Part shown: piece after piece, positions 24,749 through 37,714 of the stretch
How the letters are laid out: each line of letters begins with the position of its first letter
Position numbering within the stretch: position 1 is the stretch's first letter
Origin: Phoronis australis
Lineage: Eukaryota > Animalia > Phoronida
DNA length: 64,000 nucleotides
Direction of reading: 5' to 3'
Assembly: GCA_002633005.1 (NCBI GenBank)
Contig: NMRA01000700.1
Location: 77,637-141,636 of the forward strand
Notes under the pieces: model-generated
The model's input: only the letters and a program-made list of their open reading frames with translations
What the model was told of the DNA's origin: nothing
Database searches by the model: none
Made by a program: the position numbers and the translations under genes

Positions 24749-26999
24749 TTAAGTTGTGAATTTTCCTTTTGATCCAAGGCTTACTAAAACAGTCTACATA
24801 CTGATAAGGCTGCGAAATTGGGGACTGATTTGTAAATTGACAAAATTTCCACACAGTTTGGTGCAAAATTAAGCACGGCTGTTTCTCTAGGCAAAAATGA
24901 ATGACAAACCTGAAAGTGTTGTCAAGTGTATGACTGAATCAATTTGATAATCGAATGTCGAGTATATCTTTTGGAAAAATGTGGTTGAACCGGTCCTATT
25001 CTCCCGTCCACTAGCACGCACGAAACGCATCTACATGTAAATTTATCTACCAATAGAAATGTAGTATTGGTGTACCCAAAGTCAGTAATCGGTGATTGCA
25101 AGTACAATATCATTTAATTATTTTGTAGCACTGGTCAACGCGACCTGAAATATACTCTGACTAACAACAGATGGAAAACGGTATCTCCACCACAAAACAA
25201 ATTACAATAATTGTAAACGTTCTGTTGATAGTCACTATCAGAAAACAGGGAATGCATCACAGCCCGTAGTCAAACTAGTGGTCTGCAATTATGTAGTCAA
25301 TTCCAGGTGTTACAAAGGTATTAAATGTCACATTTCTCAAGCATATACTCATAAAGAGGAGGACCAGCCTACACGAAAGAAATGCAAGATGAACAACACA
25401 CATACTCGAGTTTTTAGCCTGGGTAATGATATTTTATTTGATCACACCATAACAATTCTGACAACGTGAATGTTCCTGTTACAGTCCTTATTTTTGTATC
25501 AGTGCTATTACTCTTCGTTATCGTTAATCATCTTGCTACTATATGATTCTATCGTTATAGTTAGCCAATTATGCAATATTCTTTCATTATTATTATCTTA
25601 TGTTGTTTTCTCATCCATGTATTCATGTGGGATCTTTTACCTTTCTTAGCATTTTAGTCGCTCCTTAAATTATCAAGGGAAGTCGACGTACAATGCGTTT
25701 GAGATTTCAACTAATCAACCAACTGTTCCTTGCCAATTCCTCTTTGGCGTCTCACTTGAGTAATCAAAATAGAGTTGAAATACAAACATCCGGTTATTGC
25801 GTTAACGGACGGATACTATCTAACTGGATAGGTTCCCTACTAATGTATTGTAACTACATGTAGTCTAAAGCGTAGGTCACATTTGCCGGTTTAGCACATT
25901 TTCCAATTTATATCATACTTTACAAGAATTTCAAGTTATGATTTAGCTCAAGGTAAGAAGATTATTCTTAGTATCCGTTAATTTACCAAAATCGGTTTTA
26001 ATAATATTTCAAGAGAATGGTCTGCTCGTCCAATAAACGCTGCTTTGCATGGCTTCATTTTGACGTCGTGGACCCTTTCAAAGAAATTAAAACTCAACTT
26101 TAAAAATACCAAGGATAATTAGGCTAAATTTACATAGCTCCTTAAGATACCAAAAATTTTGAAAAATGATTTCTAGGACTCCCCCTGCCTCCGAGATCTG
26201 CAAGGGCGGAATATGGGATCACGTGCTTCTGTTGCCATAATCAGACAACCGAAATCGAAAGCATCACTTTTGTGTTTGTGTGGTGATTGCGACCCAGCCT
26301 TGAGGGGGTGCCAAATTGACTGAAATAGGGGCGACTAGCAGGAGAGCCAACTAAGGGAACTACTGGAAATATTAGGTTAAGTGACCACATAGGTGTGGAC
26401 GAAAAATCCTGTTTTCACGATGAAAAATGGTGGAGACTACTAGAAGTCGGCATTACAATTACATAGCTAACAAAAACATCACATATACTTCCAAAATTCG
26501 TCAAGCAGGGAGGTAGGGTGACTGAGCAAGGGAGATGAAAATAAATCATCTTTCTTGACTATGGGCCTGTAATAGGTCTTAAAGCAATACATTGACCATT
26601 TTAAAGCAGTCAACTTCACGTTCTTACTCCAAAAGTGTGAACTGTTATTAATCCTCAAATTATGTCTATAGTTTTCCAAGCTAACACTAGTCTTGTATGC
26701 TTTACATGCTAATTCCTTATCTTTGAGATTCATTGGACAAATTAGTTCGAAACACAACGTATAGCGACGATGTGACTATTGAGTAGGTTGGAAATTGCCA
26801 AATATTTTTAGAACGAGTTTTGGGCCTAAACCGATCCAAGGCAAATCATTAAAACGAGCCCAGTAAGTATCGACTTGGTGTTGAGGATAAAACTGCTTGA
26901 TGAGGGCTATATGAGCGTCCAAATTTATTTTTAAACGGAAGCCAAGTTCACACTGTAGTTTAAGCTGCTTTAAAGATAACCCCCATTTCATAATAGATA

Positions 27000-27571
27000 T
27001 ATCGGACTGATGTCCTCCCCCATGACTGCTGAGAAAATTTAAATGCTAACGAAAGCCATGGGAATAAATTTGGGCACTTCTTATGTAGCGCCTAATCGTG
27101 GTCGCAATTGTTTTGCATGTTTCCGAATGCGAGAACTCTTGAGCTACATGACGTCTGGGCTAGTATCTCTTAAGATCTGCTGCTTACGTTGACTGAATTC
27201 GGCATCTCTTTACTTGTTATCTTTAACGTTGATGTTTTGTTGTAATCAGCTCTTTAAGGAAGCCTTTTGTCATGGAAAAATCTTTAAGGCCTTTTTGACG
27301 TTTTTTATCGGTAACAGGCCCACCCGCAAATGTTTGCCTTTCAATAGTTTCTTTGTTGGGTTTATCCAGATCGATGCAATATATGGTGTCATAGATACTT
27401 TAAACCTAGTTTTACTAAATGCACTCTCTGAACTAACAAAATCAGGCATCTGGACGTTTAAACTGCGTCGGTGAAATGCAAATTTGGTATTAATGAAATT
27501 AGATCAGGCTGAGGAAGATCAGGCTTAGTTCTTAACCTTGGTTGATTAAACCACTCTTGTGAAGTCGGCTG
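27000..27571 (-). mobile_element. Harbinger-like element end with Myb/SANT-like coding remnant
   Basis: 27400-27571 matches the right end of 21627-22759 (ends gtgaagtcggctg). Minus-strand remnant DNK*RDAEFSQRKQQI...HGGG resembles Harbinger Myb/SANT proteins. Confidence 0.5.
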
Positions 27572-27619
27572 CTAAATTTTGAGGAAGAAAAAATTAGACA
27601 CACAAAACCGATAACAGAG

Positions 27620-27650
27620 ATGTTCACTTACCTCCTTAACATTATCTACG
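27620..27650 (+). CDS. Candidate start-codon exon of WSC gene 2 (MFTYLLNIIY); donor unresolved
   Basis: Hydrophobic N-terminus. The leader gaaaaaattagacacacaaaaccgataacagagATG resembles the gene 3 leader. No phase-1 GT follows TAC-G. Confidence 0.3.
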
Positions 27651-27784
27651 TGGCCGATTTTCACGCGCTGTTCAATTTCAATAACTTTTGCTTTACGAGA
27701 GCCTCGCCTCTAGGGAACCTACGTTGTATAAACCATCCCATTTGAATGTGTTTAAGTTAAAGTCTATCAGTGTTTTTTTTTCAG

Positions 27785-27823
27785 GAGCTACCTGCTTTGT
27801 GGCCATGTTTTTAACAGTTTACG
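27785..27823 (+). CDS. WSC gene 2, signal-peptide mini-exon (39 nt, phase 1-1): (G)ATCFVAMFLTVY
   Basis: ttttttttcag|GAGCTACC...GTTTACG|gtattt. Same length and phase as the 48684-48722 mini-exon, with a similar peptide. Confidence 0.7.
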
Positions 27824-28698
27824 GTATTTACTCTATTTTATTAAAAATTTCTTCATACCACGCTGCTGTTACCTATTTCCTGATTATTCTAAGCATCTGG
27901 TCAAAGTTTACTGGGCATGTTTGCAGCACGGATGTGTATTTATGTTATAAATCTACTTTAGCAGGGCAGGGGTTGGTTTTATTGTGCCGCTGTTGCAAAG
28001 CAATAGTACTAGTGGTTTTTTTATTTCTTTTGAAACACATCAAAGTTATGAAGGATTCAAAAATGAGACAGTGACACTGCTGACAAGAGAGTCGCAGAAT
28101 AAAGCCTTTGACATGTATGTATGACTCATAAACAGGCGTCGGAGTTACATGTACAAATGATAATTGTAAGGGATTGAAATAACGTCTCCGCGTTGCTGAA
28201 CAATCATGAGAGGTTTGTACCAACAAAGGTACTCAATCTGGCGCTCGTTTCAAGAAGATGACTTAAGTTTATTTCGTCTTACTCTCTCACGTCACAATCG
28301 CTGAAAAGGTTTACCCAAATTATTGTGATGGGAATACAGTCTAGAATTAAGGTGTACAATTTTTATCAGAACCTAACAATTTTATGCATATTGTCAGACA
28401 CTGTGAAAGTATTTAGTCAATTTTCTGAAATAGTCGTGTGGAACGTAAGACAAAATTGCTGTCTTGCGTAGAGAAACAACTCCTTACGTCAGTTTTTGAA
28501 CGGATACTCAAACGACTTCCCTCAAGGGACATCCTAATATGTTAAAGATAAATCACCCGCACCACTCAGGCGTATTCATTAATGTTTCATTGTCTAAGCG
28601 GGTTACATGTGTTTAGTTGTTAATATTGTTCTCAGTCTCTCTCAGGAAGCATGTGGTTTGCATTTGACACTTTTTCTTATTAAAAGGTTTTCTGTTAG

Positions 28699-29034
28699 AC
28701 CCCGACTTCAGGATCGCCGATTTGATACAAGGATCAATGTTCCAAGGTCGATGCATCGCTGACAAAAAAGACGCGACAGATACAGGTACCCTTTTTCGAA
28801 TTTATGAAGGACGAAAAAATTCCAAGTCCTTCTGCAAAAATCTGTGCAACGGAAGGTCGTTTGACAATGCTGCCGTGAGTGGTGACACGTGTTGGTGTGG
28901 AAATGAATATCGAGGATACGTATACGACACAGTGAATAGAAACGAATGCATGGAGAAAAAATGCCCTGGAAACGAGGAGTCTTTCTGTGGTGGAAAGCAT
29001 CGAAAAGTTTTGATGGATACAGGTTTCCGTTTTG
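28699..29034 (+). CDS. WSC gene 2, WSC domain exon A
   Basis: GRCI...FCKNLCNGRSFDNAAVSGDTCWCGN...ECMEKKCPGNEESFCGG (8 Cys). Acceptor ttttctgttag| and donor TTTG|gtaggt are both phase 1. Confidence 0.85.
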
Positions 29035-29191
29035 GTAGGTAATTTTGTTTCATAAAAGCAGTTCTCATGAGTCGTTTTTTTTGTGGCATACAGCTTACGA
29101 AAAGTTTTGTACTCATGTCGTTTTTTCAACTCCCTTGCCTGTAACAGAAATACCTCTCAGCGTTGCATATGGTGGAGTCCTCATTACTTGA

Positions 29192-30625
29192 AGGAGAATA
29201 ACACCCGATTTAATTAGTCTTTTTGTCGTCTTAATCGGTCTATATCCACATCGCCTCTCATACGGTCGACCTTACCTTGCCAAGAGGTATCGCGTTAACC
29301 TGTGAGGAAGGTGAGAAACGACTCTAGCGACGTCAGTGGTTGATATGCAGAGTTAATGTCGCTATGTTGCGGTGCATCGTTCCCACTTCTCAGAACTAAG
29401 CAGCTGCGAGGAAAATGGGTATATCGTTTTTTCGACTTCCTCGAGAGCCCAAAATGCTTATGAAGTGGCTTGCGTTAGTGAAGAATGAAAGGTATGCTGT
29501 TAATAGCAAGTATGAGGCCGTGAAACATCTCCGTGTCTGTGGCCTGCAGACGTCGACAGTGCCTGACGAACGCTGGCTTACCAAATAACTCCATACGTTC
29601 CGTTGTCTGAGCCTGTTCACGGCGCCTCTCTAGCATTTCTTCATCAGTGTATTCGTGTTCGAATTGATAGTCTGTAAAACTTAACGATTCACCTGCGAAG
29701 TTGGGACTGATGAGCTCTAGCTCGTCCTAAGTCGGGATTGCGAGTTGCCATGTTGGCGATTATTACTGAGCGTTCTGTTTCAAAATAAATTATTCTCACC
29801 CTAACAAATACTTATATAAAACTGAAACACAGTCTGTCTCATTAGATGCAATTTGTAATGCCTTCGGAGTGTTTGTGAGGGCAAATGATTTGAGAAGCCA
29901 GCAATGAATAAATCACTGCCTTACTCCTGCCGGCTTAAGGTGCAATAAAACTAAATGACGGGACACCGAGCTCATGGCAGAAGCTGTTGGGGAACAACTC
30001 AATTTCCATCCCACGGCCAGGTGTTAGCGGAATCTTTACTTACATTTACATTACTCAAATAATGATTTTCTACTATGTACAACCTCTGCCCTGACGGTGC
30101 TGTGGCCAATGAAAGCGGAACCTGAATTCGCGGCCCCCGACTGACGTGTAAGTACATTTATAGTTTCGTGGCTAATTCACCGACACTTTACTTTGGCTCA
30201 CTAGTACAGTATTTTCTTGACCGAAAGTTTAGTTTCCACTGAACTTTGGCTGGTTTATTTTCGGGATTTCTGATCAGTGGCCGAGCCACTGGCCAGGATA
30301 ACAAGCGTTTTATGTTTAGAGCTCAAAAAATCACAGGTATACACAACGCAGATCTAGGTTCTCCTGTCTGTATCTCACGGAAAATACTTGGAAATTATCT
30401 CCGAACAGACCCCAAACTCCTCCTACGGACCTTATTGGCCTGCCGAACTTTGTAGGCTACGGCGTGTCCAAATACCAATAAATCCGTAAGAGCCAAATAA
30501 AACAACACACTTTTATAAGAACTCGGTGTATTTTTAAGAGTTGTACACCGAATTTTGATGATTTATTGATGTTAAAGGATGAATTCAAGCGATAAGCTGA
30601 CACCAATAACCCGTGATGTGAACTG
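29192..30625 (+). mobile_element. Kolobok-like element copy 2 (THAP pseudo-ORF from 29356), in intron of WSC gene 2
   Basis: ttga|AGGAGAATAACACCCGATTTAATTAG. Its THAP coding stretch is nearly identical to copy 1 but disrupted. Confidence 0.75.
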
Positions 30626-31489
30626 AGCCGTTTATGATGAATGTCAAACACAAAGTCTAAGTAAAATATCACTTACTTTCTAACATGACTGAAGAATTTT
30701 GATTGTTAAAGAATAAATAATGATTTTGATATCCTGCCTCGTGATGTCATCTTTGGATGACATTGATCAGTTGACAGCATATGTGCAATGACGAATATTA
30801 CTGAATAAGAGAGCGATTTTGACGAGTATTATGAAGACAGGTATGCAGATGTGGTTGATGGCGACACTCAGGGCATTGGTGAAACAGGTAATAATTTGGC
30901 CTCGCCATATCAGGAAAACGCGTGTTCGAGGCCGTACGAACCTGACCCTCTCGCATCAGCGTCTTAGGCGACTGAAACCGAGTCGGAGCCTACTCTCTCT
31001 GCAGACTGTTCTGATTTGATAGTGATAAATATAATCTTATATTGAATCGCGATTTAATTTTCAAACAACTTTAGTGTCGAGTAATATGTTTCCGGAACAG
31101 GGAATCTAACTGTCATGTCTAATTATAGTGATGCTAGCAGCATTATATTTCCGTTAAATCATACTCGTTTCTCTCGTGTCTTTTGCAAATATATTCAATG
31201 CTTTGTACCGTTGTGATTCGGCGAATTTCTTCGATGCAGTGTCCGGCTCCAACCTCTGTGCTGACTGCAGTAGTGATCTCAAACTAGTTACGTGGAATTT
31301 ACTGTTGGGCGTTGAAATATATGTGGTTGCACACATTCTCAGAAAATTTTGAACAAAAATAGTGGTGATGGAAACTTAGTGCATTCACATTCATTATGTC
31401 AGTCACACTTTGATAATAAGGCTCATACACAATAATGTGCCTTATGCTTACGCTCTAGCTATGGAACAACAAAATAACCTTTCATTCAT

Positions 31490-32475
31490 CACCGGTACTT
31501 ACACATTGGAGAAAGTTGCATCAAATCTCCGTTTCCGTGACGATTCGATTCTTCTGATCGCTTCCTGGCATACGTGTGTCTGGCACACATCCGTGTTTCG
31601 TTTCCGGCAATCCTAGCTTGGCCCGTAGCCAGGGGAGTTCGAGGGGTTCGACCCCCCCCCGTCTGCGGAATTTTTTCCAGCCCCAGCCTATCCGTTAAAG
31701 ATAGGATAAAAATGGACAACAAAAAATTGTTGCAGCTATTGCTACTACTACCTAAAATAATTTTGAATTTGCTTCTTTTTTAAATGTTAATTACGAATTT
31801 TTCAGAATACAATGAATATACATAACCCAGAAAGCGCCAAGAGGCATTAGATCAGGGTTAAAAAATACAAAGAAAACTATATACAATTGTTATACACGAA
31901 TACATAAATTAAAAAACTGATGTTAAGATTACAATGATAAATAATTACCAATGTAAGTAATTTATTTTCGTACACGTTTATACAATTCTCTCCACTCTCA
32001 CATGGATATTTAATGTTATAAAGAAATTCTAATACTATTTCGAATAAAACCTTATTTTCATTTGGGTAGAGTTTTTGACATCCATATAGAAAATAACCTT
32101 TCATTCATCAACTGTACTTGCACAATGGAGAAAGCTTCCTTTAAACTCCGTTTTTGTGACGGTTCGATTCCTTAAAATGGACTTAGCTCAGCGCAGCCTC
32201 TGAACTGATCGCTTACCCAATCATGCCCTGGCATACCCGTGTCTAACGCACATCCATGTTTCATTTCTGGCTCTCTTAGCCAGACCCGTAGCCAGGGGGG
32301 TTCGAGGGGTTGGTACGAACCCCCCCCCCCCCCCCCCNNNCCCCCCCCCCCCCTCCGCAGAAAAATTTCCAGCCCCAGCCTATCCGTTAAAGATAGGATA
32401 TATACGGACAACAAAATAATTGTTGCAGCTATTAATACTATTAACTACAATAATTTTGAATTTGCTTCTGATTTA
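31490..32475 (+). repeat. Two diverged direct copies (~31490-31790, ~32110-32475) containing a CCCGTAGCCAGGGGG-type MITE end
   Basis: Shared ttccagccccagcctatccgttaaagataggata and flanks; poly-C tracts; NNN at 32338-32340. Confidence 0.7.
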
Positions 32476-33169
32476 AAGCGCTTCACGTAACCATCAGGAC
32501 CCACCGGGCCAACTTTACCCAAGTGGTATTTGCGTAGGTGACAATAGTGTGCAGACAATTTAAGGAGGCTTTATGTTACTCATTGGCATTGAACACATGT
32601 GGTGGTTGAACCGTAGGGTAGCAAGGGAGTCTTGAGTAGTAAATTTCTATACCTAGATAAGCTGTATAGCAGTGTTAGAGTTCCCAAAACGTGCGGTATC
32701 AGGAAATGCCATAGAATTAACTAAGAAACAAAACAGCAGGATATAGGTTTGTTATCTGATATCGCTTACTAGCATAGAACAGTAATGGGCAAGCATTTTC
32801 AACTTTGGAATTGAAAGTGGTTGCCAAATACAGGTATATTTTTCAGCCAGTGACCAATTCGATTGTGGATTGGTGGACTGACGGGCAAGCGTGTTCACGT
32901 GTGTGCGTTTCCGTCCTTTCAAATTCAGTAGAACCCGTTTTCAAGCTAACTACAGGCAGCCCTCCATCGTTGCTCAAAAACCAGAATTTAACTGCAGGAT
33001 AAGCGTGTTTGCTTGAACTGAGAAAACACCAAAGAGCAGGTTCACATATTTGGGGAAAGTATTTCTGGACCCATATTTGGCCAATGAAGATATAGACTTC
33101 TCTTGTCAATAGTGTCAATAGTGCACAACCGCAGAGAGTTCATACAAGCAACTATGGAAAAGATTTCCA

Positions 33170-34186
33170 AGGTTACATGCCACTATTACGAAGTTCCACT
33201 ACTCCGAAGGTTCGCCCTATTCGAAAGTTCACTACTTCGAATGTCCACAATTCCAAAACCAGAACTCCTAAATCGAATCACAGCCCCAGGAGTCGCATTT
33301 GCATTATATCTGGGTTTTAATTCACTCCCTTGTACATTTTCACTAGTATGGCCGAGATCAGATGAATAGGAGACACCTTGGAGCAATGCTCGATTGGCAG
33401 CCAGTGAAGCCAAGATTCGAACTCAGGTCTTCCAAACAGGAGTCCCGACCTCAAACCACTGAGCCACACAGTTCATTATACTATGTCTGTTCATGAGTCG
33501 TAACATGAATAAATTATTATATTTGTCCGATAAGTAACCAGTTAAAGGGTGCGCAACAGTTGACTTCGTCTAATTCTCAATCGGTTCCAATCACTGCCAA
33601 TCGTGATTCTTGAATCTAACTAACGACTCATTCTCAAGAATGGACAACTTCTGGGGAACGGGTCAGGGCTGCTGCTACCAACGGTTTTAAACTCAAGAAG
33701 TTTGAATGGAGCTTACTGATTTCGTGAAGACTGGGGGGACAGGGTAGCATGCTAACTTCTCTTAACTTCGACGCACCGTGTGCATGGTTCCGGTGGGTAA
33801 GGTTCAGGCTCAGCGTCGGACCCTAAATTTTTCAGTCGCGCTGTGAAATGATAAGACCACGACCTGCATTTGATGAATCTATCGTAGTTGATAACTCGTC
33901 AAATATCCCCACTCCATATTTTTTAAATGCAATAACATTCTTATTTTTCAGTGTTCATAAGACATGTTGGCAATTTCGCATGCGCATGAAATCCAAACAA
34001 AGTATTTTAACAACCGGGCATAGTTTGGTATAATTACACCGTTCGGTTTATGTATCATTCATTTTTGCATGTAAAAGTGTACAATATATACATGAGTTGA
34101 AAAGCTAGATCTTTTTGTATTAGTGAACCTTCGAAGTAATGAACCTTGGGAATGGCGAATCGAATGGTGAGTAGTGGGCTGTTCCC
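33170..34186. mobile_element. MITE with ~16-bp subterminal TCCGAAGGTTC-type repeats in inverted orientation
   Basis: Left ggttacatgccactattacgaagttccactactccgaaggttc vs right gaaccttcgaagtaatgaacc...agtagtgggctgttccc. Confidence 0.55.
33330..33470 (-). mobile_element. tRNA-derived SINE (head at ~33470) nested in the MITE
   Basis: Minus strand TGGCTCAGTGG (A box) ... GAGTTCGAATC (B box). Confidence 0.6.
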
Positions 34187-34309
34187 ATTTCAAATGACGT
34201 AAGCAACGCAAAAATATAACTAGATAGATTTGAATTTCGTCAAGTTATTCTCCGACTAAACATTTCCGTCCGAGTAAAAAAAAAACAGTCCAGTGTCCTG
34301 ATGTTAATC

Positions 34310-36500
34310 CTGGTGAATCAGACGTGCGCAGGCCTCATGGTTGGGCCCATTGAACAAAACATCTGAGCCAAAGCGCGAGAGTCGATTATGGTTCTTTGTG
34401 AAGGAAGTTTCCAAGTCTGCCAGTCTCCTTTAAGAAAACGGACAGAAGTTTCCATTTTTTATGCACTAAGTGTTGCAGGCGTGTAACAGTGCTATCCAGT
34501 AGGGTGCTCTGTGGCCTATAAAAAGTTGGGCAAGACTCTAAATGGTGCTTTGGAGATTTTACGTCAGTACCACACTCGGGAGACACTGGGCTCCCCATAT
34601 GCCTGGTAATGTTTCTGTGTAGGGCTAGGTTACAGTGGCCCGTCAAAATTTGAATGACCAATCTCTGTTGACTCAGAATTTTTTGGCATGATCACGTTGG
34701 AAAAAGGCCCCTTGGTCTCTCTGAAAGCGTTAAGTGATGCCCACTTGGCTGCTGGCTGGGCATGTACCCAGCTTCTTATACTCAAACTGCAGCACCCGTA
34801 AGATACCAAGACAGCAGGTTTAGGCACAAAATGCAGAACACTTGCTCCTATCTTTGAGAGTCTGTCTGCATTCTCATTGCCATCAATTCCCACAAGGGCC
34901 CTGACCCAGCGTATATTGACGGTTCTTTGAATTCCAAGCTTGTTAAGCTCATTAGCACAAGCATTGACATAACGAGAGTTGGCCCTTGTTTTCTTAAGGC
35001 TTTTATTGCTGCCTGGCTGTCTGAAAAGATGGTAATTGGCTGATTGCCCAGCTCGGTGTTATATTGTCGTCCCGGTTGAGAAGCTCTATTAATTGCAATG
35101 ATCTCAGCCTGGAACTCCGTGGCAAGATTGCTTAGCGATACCCAGTTTTCCGCATCTTCAACGGGGAGGTTTGGAAAGTAGACTCCAGCACTTGTCTGGT
35201 AATTTTCCAGTTTAGAGACATTCACACAACAAACCACCTCATTCTTGTGTACTTCCGTAGACAATTTCTTAGTATGATCTAAAGCTGTGTCCTGGACATC
35301 ACCAGGCATGTTCCACAGTTGCCTTGTCTTGGCCATTAACTTATGGCAACCATTCCTGTGGCTTCTGTATACAAAGGAATCAGGGATGAGAGATCTCACC
35401 CACTGAGACGAAGTGCAGCACATGCAACTTTAGCCTCAAGGTATATGTACTGTACAGTGGTGGTAGACCGATTAGAATTTCTAGGGCTGTAGAAAACTTT
35501 CCGGGAAAACCAGAGGTTATGCACAAACAAGCTTCACGTTGCCACTGATTAAGTTTGCTCATGATTGTAATATCTTCTAATGCTGTTACCCATACCGACG
35601 CAGCGTAGGATATTATTGGTTGGATAACAGAAGTGTAAATCCAGAACATATTGATGGGCGATATTCCCCAAGTTTTACCCACCGTACGACTGTAGCTCAC
35701 CAGTGCAGTTTCGGCTTTCGAGATTAGTTCTATGATATGCGGGGTCCAGAAATAACGATGATATTAGATTACGCTTAGATAAGTCGTCTTGTCTACAAGA
35801 TCAAGATGTTTACCATGCAGCATTAAAGGCCGCATTGACTATTTAAAGCTTTCAGGTGAACATAACCACCTTTGTTTTGTTACCCCTAATTTCTAAGCGA
35901 ACTGACTTAGCCCATATGGTTGTTGTATTCAATGCTCTTTGAGTAAGATAACGACATGTGTCAGGATCGATGCTAGAAACACTGAGAAAAGTATCATCTG
36001 CATAGGCTTGAACATACAAGCTTGGACCCTTGTCTGTAGATAATTGTCGAAGCAGAACATCCATAACCTTGCTATAGAGGGTGGGTGGGGCAGCACCACC
36101 CTGGGGTGTTCCTCTGGTGATGCGAACCACCACACTCACATCGTCTAGACAAGCAGTCACATATTGACTTCCGAGTATGTTAATGATCTACCTTGTAAGA
36201 CACCTCTTCACTTTAAAGTGGTTTAGTGCAACTCCGATCGCGTCAAGCTTAATATTGTTGAAAGCGCCAGCAAGATCATTGAAGGCTTAGAGGGCAAATT
36301 TAAAAAGAGCCCTTTCCAGTCTAGCAACCAGATTATGTAGAGCGGTCTACAGTGTAGAAAAGCCAGGCCTATAAGCATACTGGTTGTTCTGATTTTGTTC
36401 TGTATGCCTTGTTTATCAAGATGCCACAGAATGTCCGAGCAGGTGTAATCACTCATTTAAACATGCCTGGTTTGAAAATTTGGCAAGGAATAGCACGAGA
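34310..36500 (-). mobile_element. 5'-truncated non-LTR retrotransposon with RT, RNase H and C-terminal zinc knuckle (LOA/R1-like), pseudogenised
   Basis: TRGTPQGG and QAYADD (RT); GKTWGISPINMFWIYTSVIQPIISYAASVW; FQAEIIAI, IFSDSQAAIKAL and GIDGNENADRL (RNase H); ILTGHC...HHLESCP. 3' stem caatgggccc...ggcc. Confidence 0.9.
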
Positions 36501-37085
36501 ATGTTTTGGACCATATTACATTAGCTTCGAGTCCTCTTTTTTGCGGACAACCGTCACGGCATCCTCATCTCTGTTATTAGTAATACCGCCTCATCTCAAA
36601 AACATAGAGCTGGGAGTCATCGTTGCGTTTACAAATTTCCCTTCCCCTGATTAAGCTGCGTCAACTGAAGACCTCCTGCGCAATGCTGGGTGCGGGCCTG
36701 CTAACGTCTTTTGGAAGCGTAAAAAATGAAGTGTTTTTTTATTTCTGTTACTGTATCGTCCGCTGGTGCTACTTTTCATAATACTCAGCCGATTTCATTT
36801 TTTGACACCACTACGGTTTGCAGCTGGTGACGAACACTTTGATGGCGTAGACCAATTCCGTCACTAACAAATTTCTCAATTTCTCCATTGCTTAAAATTA
36901 CTTGAAGGTAAAATATTTACAATGTAGGTAACCACATTTAGGCATTAATTGCATTAGTGTGATGGTGTCAAAAAGACACACACAGCCAACGCCGATCACG
37001 ATGACAGTGCTGAAAGTGCTAATGTAAAAGATTTCATTATAAGTGTGCAATGTCATGAAATAACTTGTAATTGCTCTCTATTCAG

Positions 37086-37393
37086 GGAGCCCACGCTTAT
37101 TGAACACGTGCTGGGTGGAAATGCTACGCAGTGAAAATGATGGTCAGCTGGAGTATCAAGGAGATCGAAACACGAGGTCTTATTGTCGTCAGCTATGCGG
37201 TACTGTTGACAAAACGTTTGCTGCCGTTAGACGTGGAGACCAGTGTTGGTGTGGAAATTATTTTTTCAGCTATTCAATGGTTTCCGTAGAAAAGTGCAAC
37301 ATACCCTGTAGTGGCGATGAACTACAAACCTGCGGTGGGGCTTTCCGCCTATTTGTCATGCGCGCAGAAAAAACACATGAGTTAATTGAGTAG
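37086..37393 (+). CDS. WSC gene 2, WSC domain exon B (terminal, stop TAG 37391-37393)
   Basis: TCW...SYCRQLCG...FAAVRRGDQCWCGN...CNIPCSGDELQTCGG. Acceptor ctctctattcag| is phase 1 and in frame with exon A across an ~8 kb TE-filled intron. AATAAA at 37501. Confidence 0.85.
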
Positions 37394-37714
37394 ACGCTTC
37401 GACAATATTCTGTTCACCTTAATCTATTATGGAATTACGAACGTGGTAAAGTACAATTAGTTCATACCTATAGGAATTAATGGAGTCAACGTAATTTGAA
37501 AATAAACGTCAGTCTAGCCGCATTACTTAGAGAAAGTGTATTGGTAAACATTATGTTTAGTTATGAAGGTTATTTACAATCCTCGAAAAAAATGGCCCAT
37601 CTTGGAAGATTTAGGAAAGTGAATGCTCAGAAGTGGCGGCTATAAGAAACTTTAAGATACCATCCACTTTTGACTTCGAATAAAATGTAATGGTGTTATT
37701 GATGACGTTTTCTG

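Noticed and set aside
23200-30625. Inversion between the Kolobok copies as the cause of gene 2's opposite orientation
   Set aside because: Exon B at 37086 lies outside the inverted repeat yet has the same orientation and phase as exon A.
30810-30970. Acidic stretch ending RPYEPDP as a Kolobok KolX remnant
   Set aside because: Only a short motif resemblance; insufficient without a profile search.
33400-33470. Genuine tRNA genes here and at 9644-9710
   Set aside because: A and B boxes are present but acceptor and anticodon stems do not pair convincingly; better explained as SINE heads.
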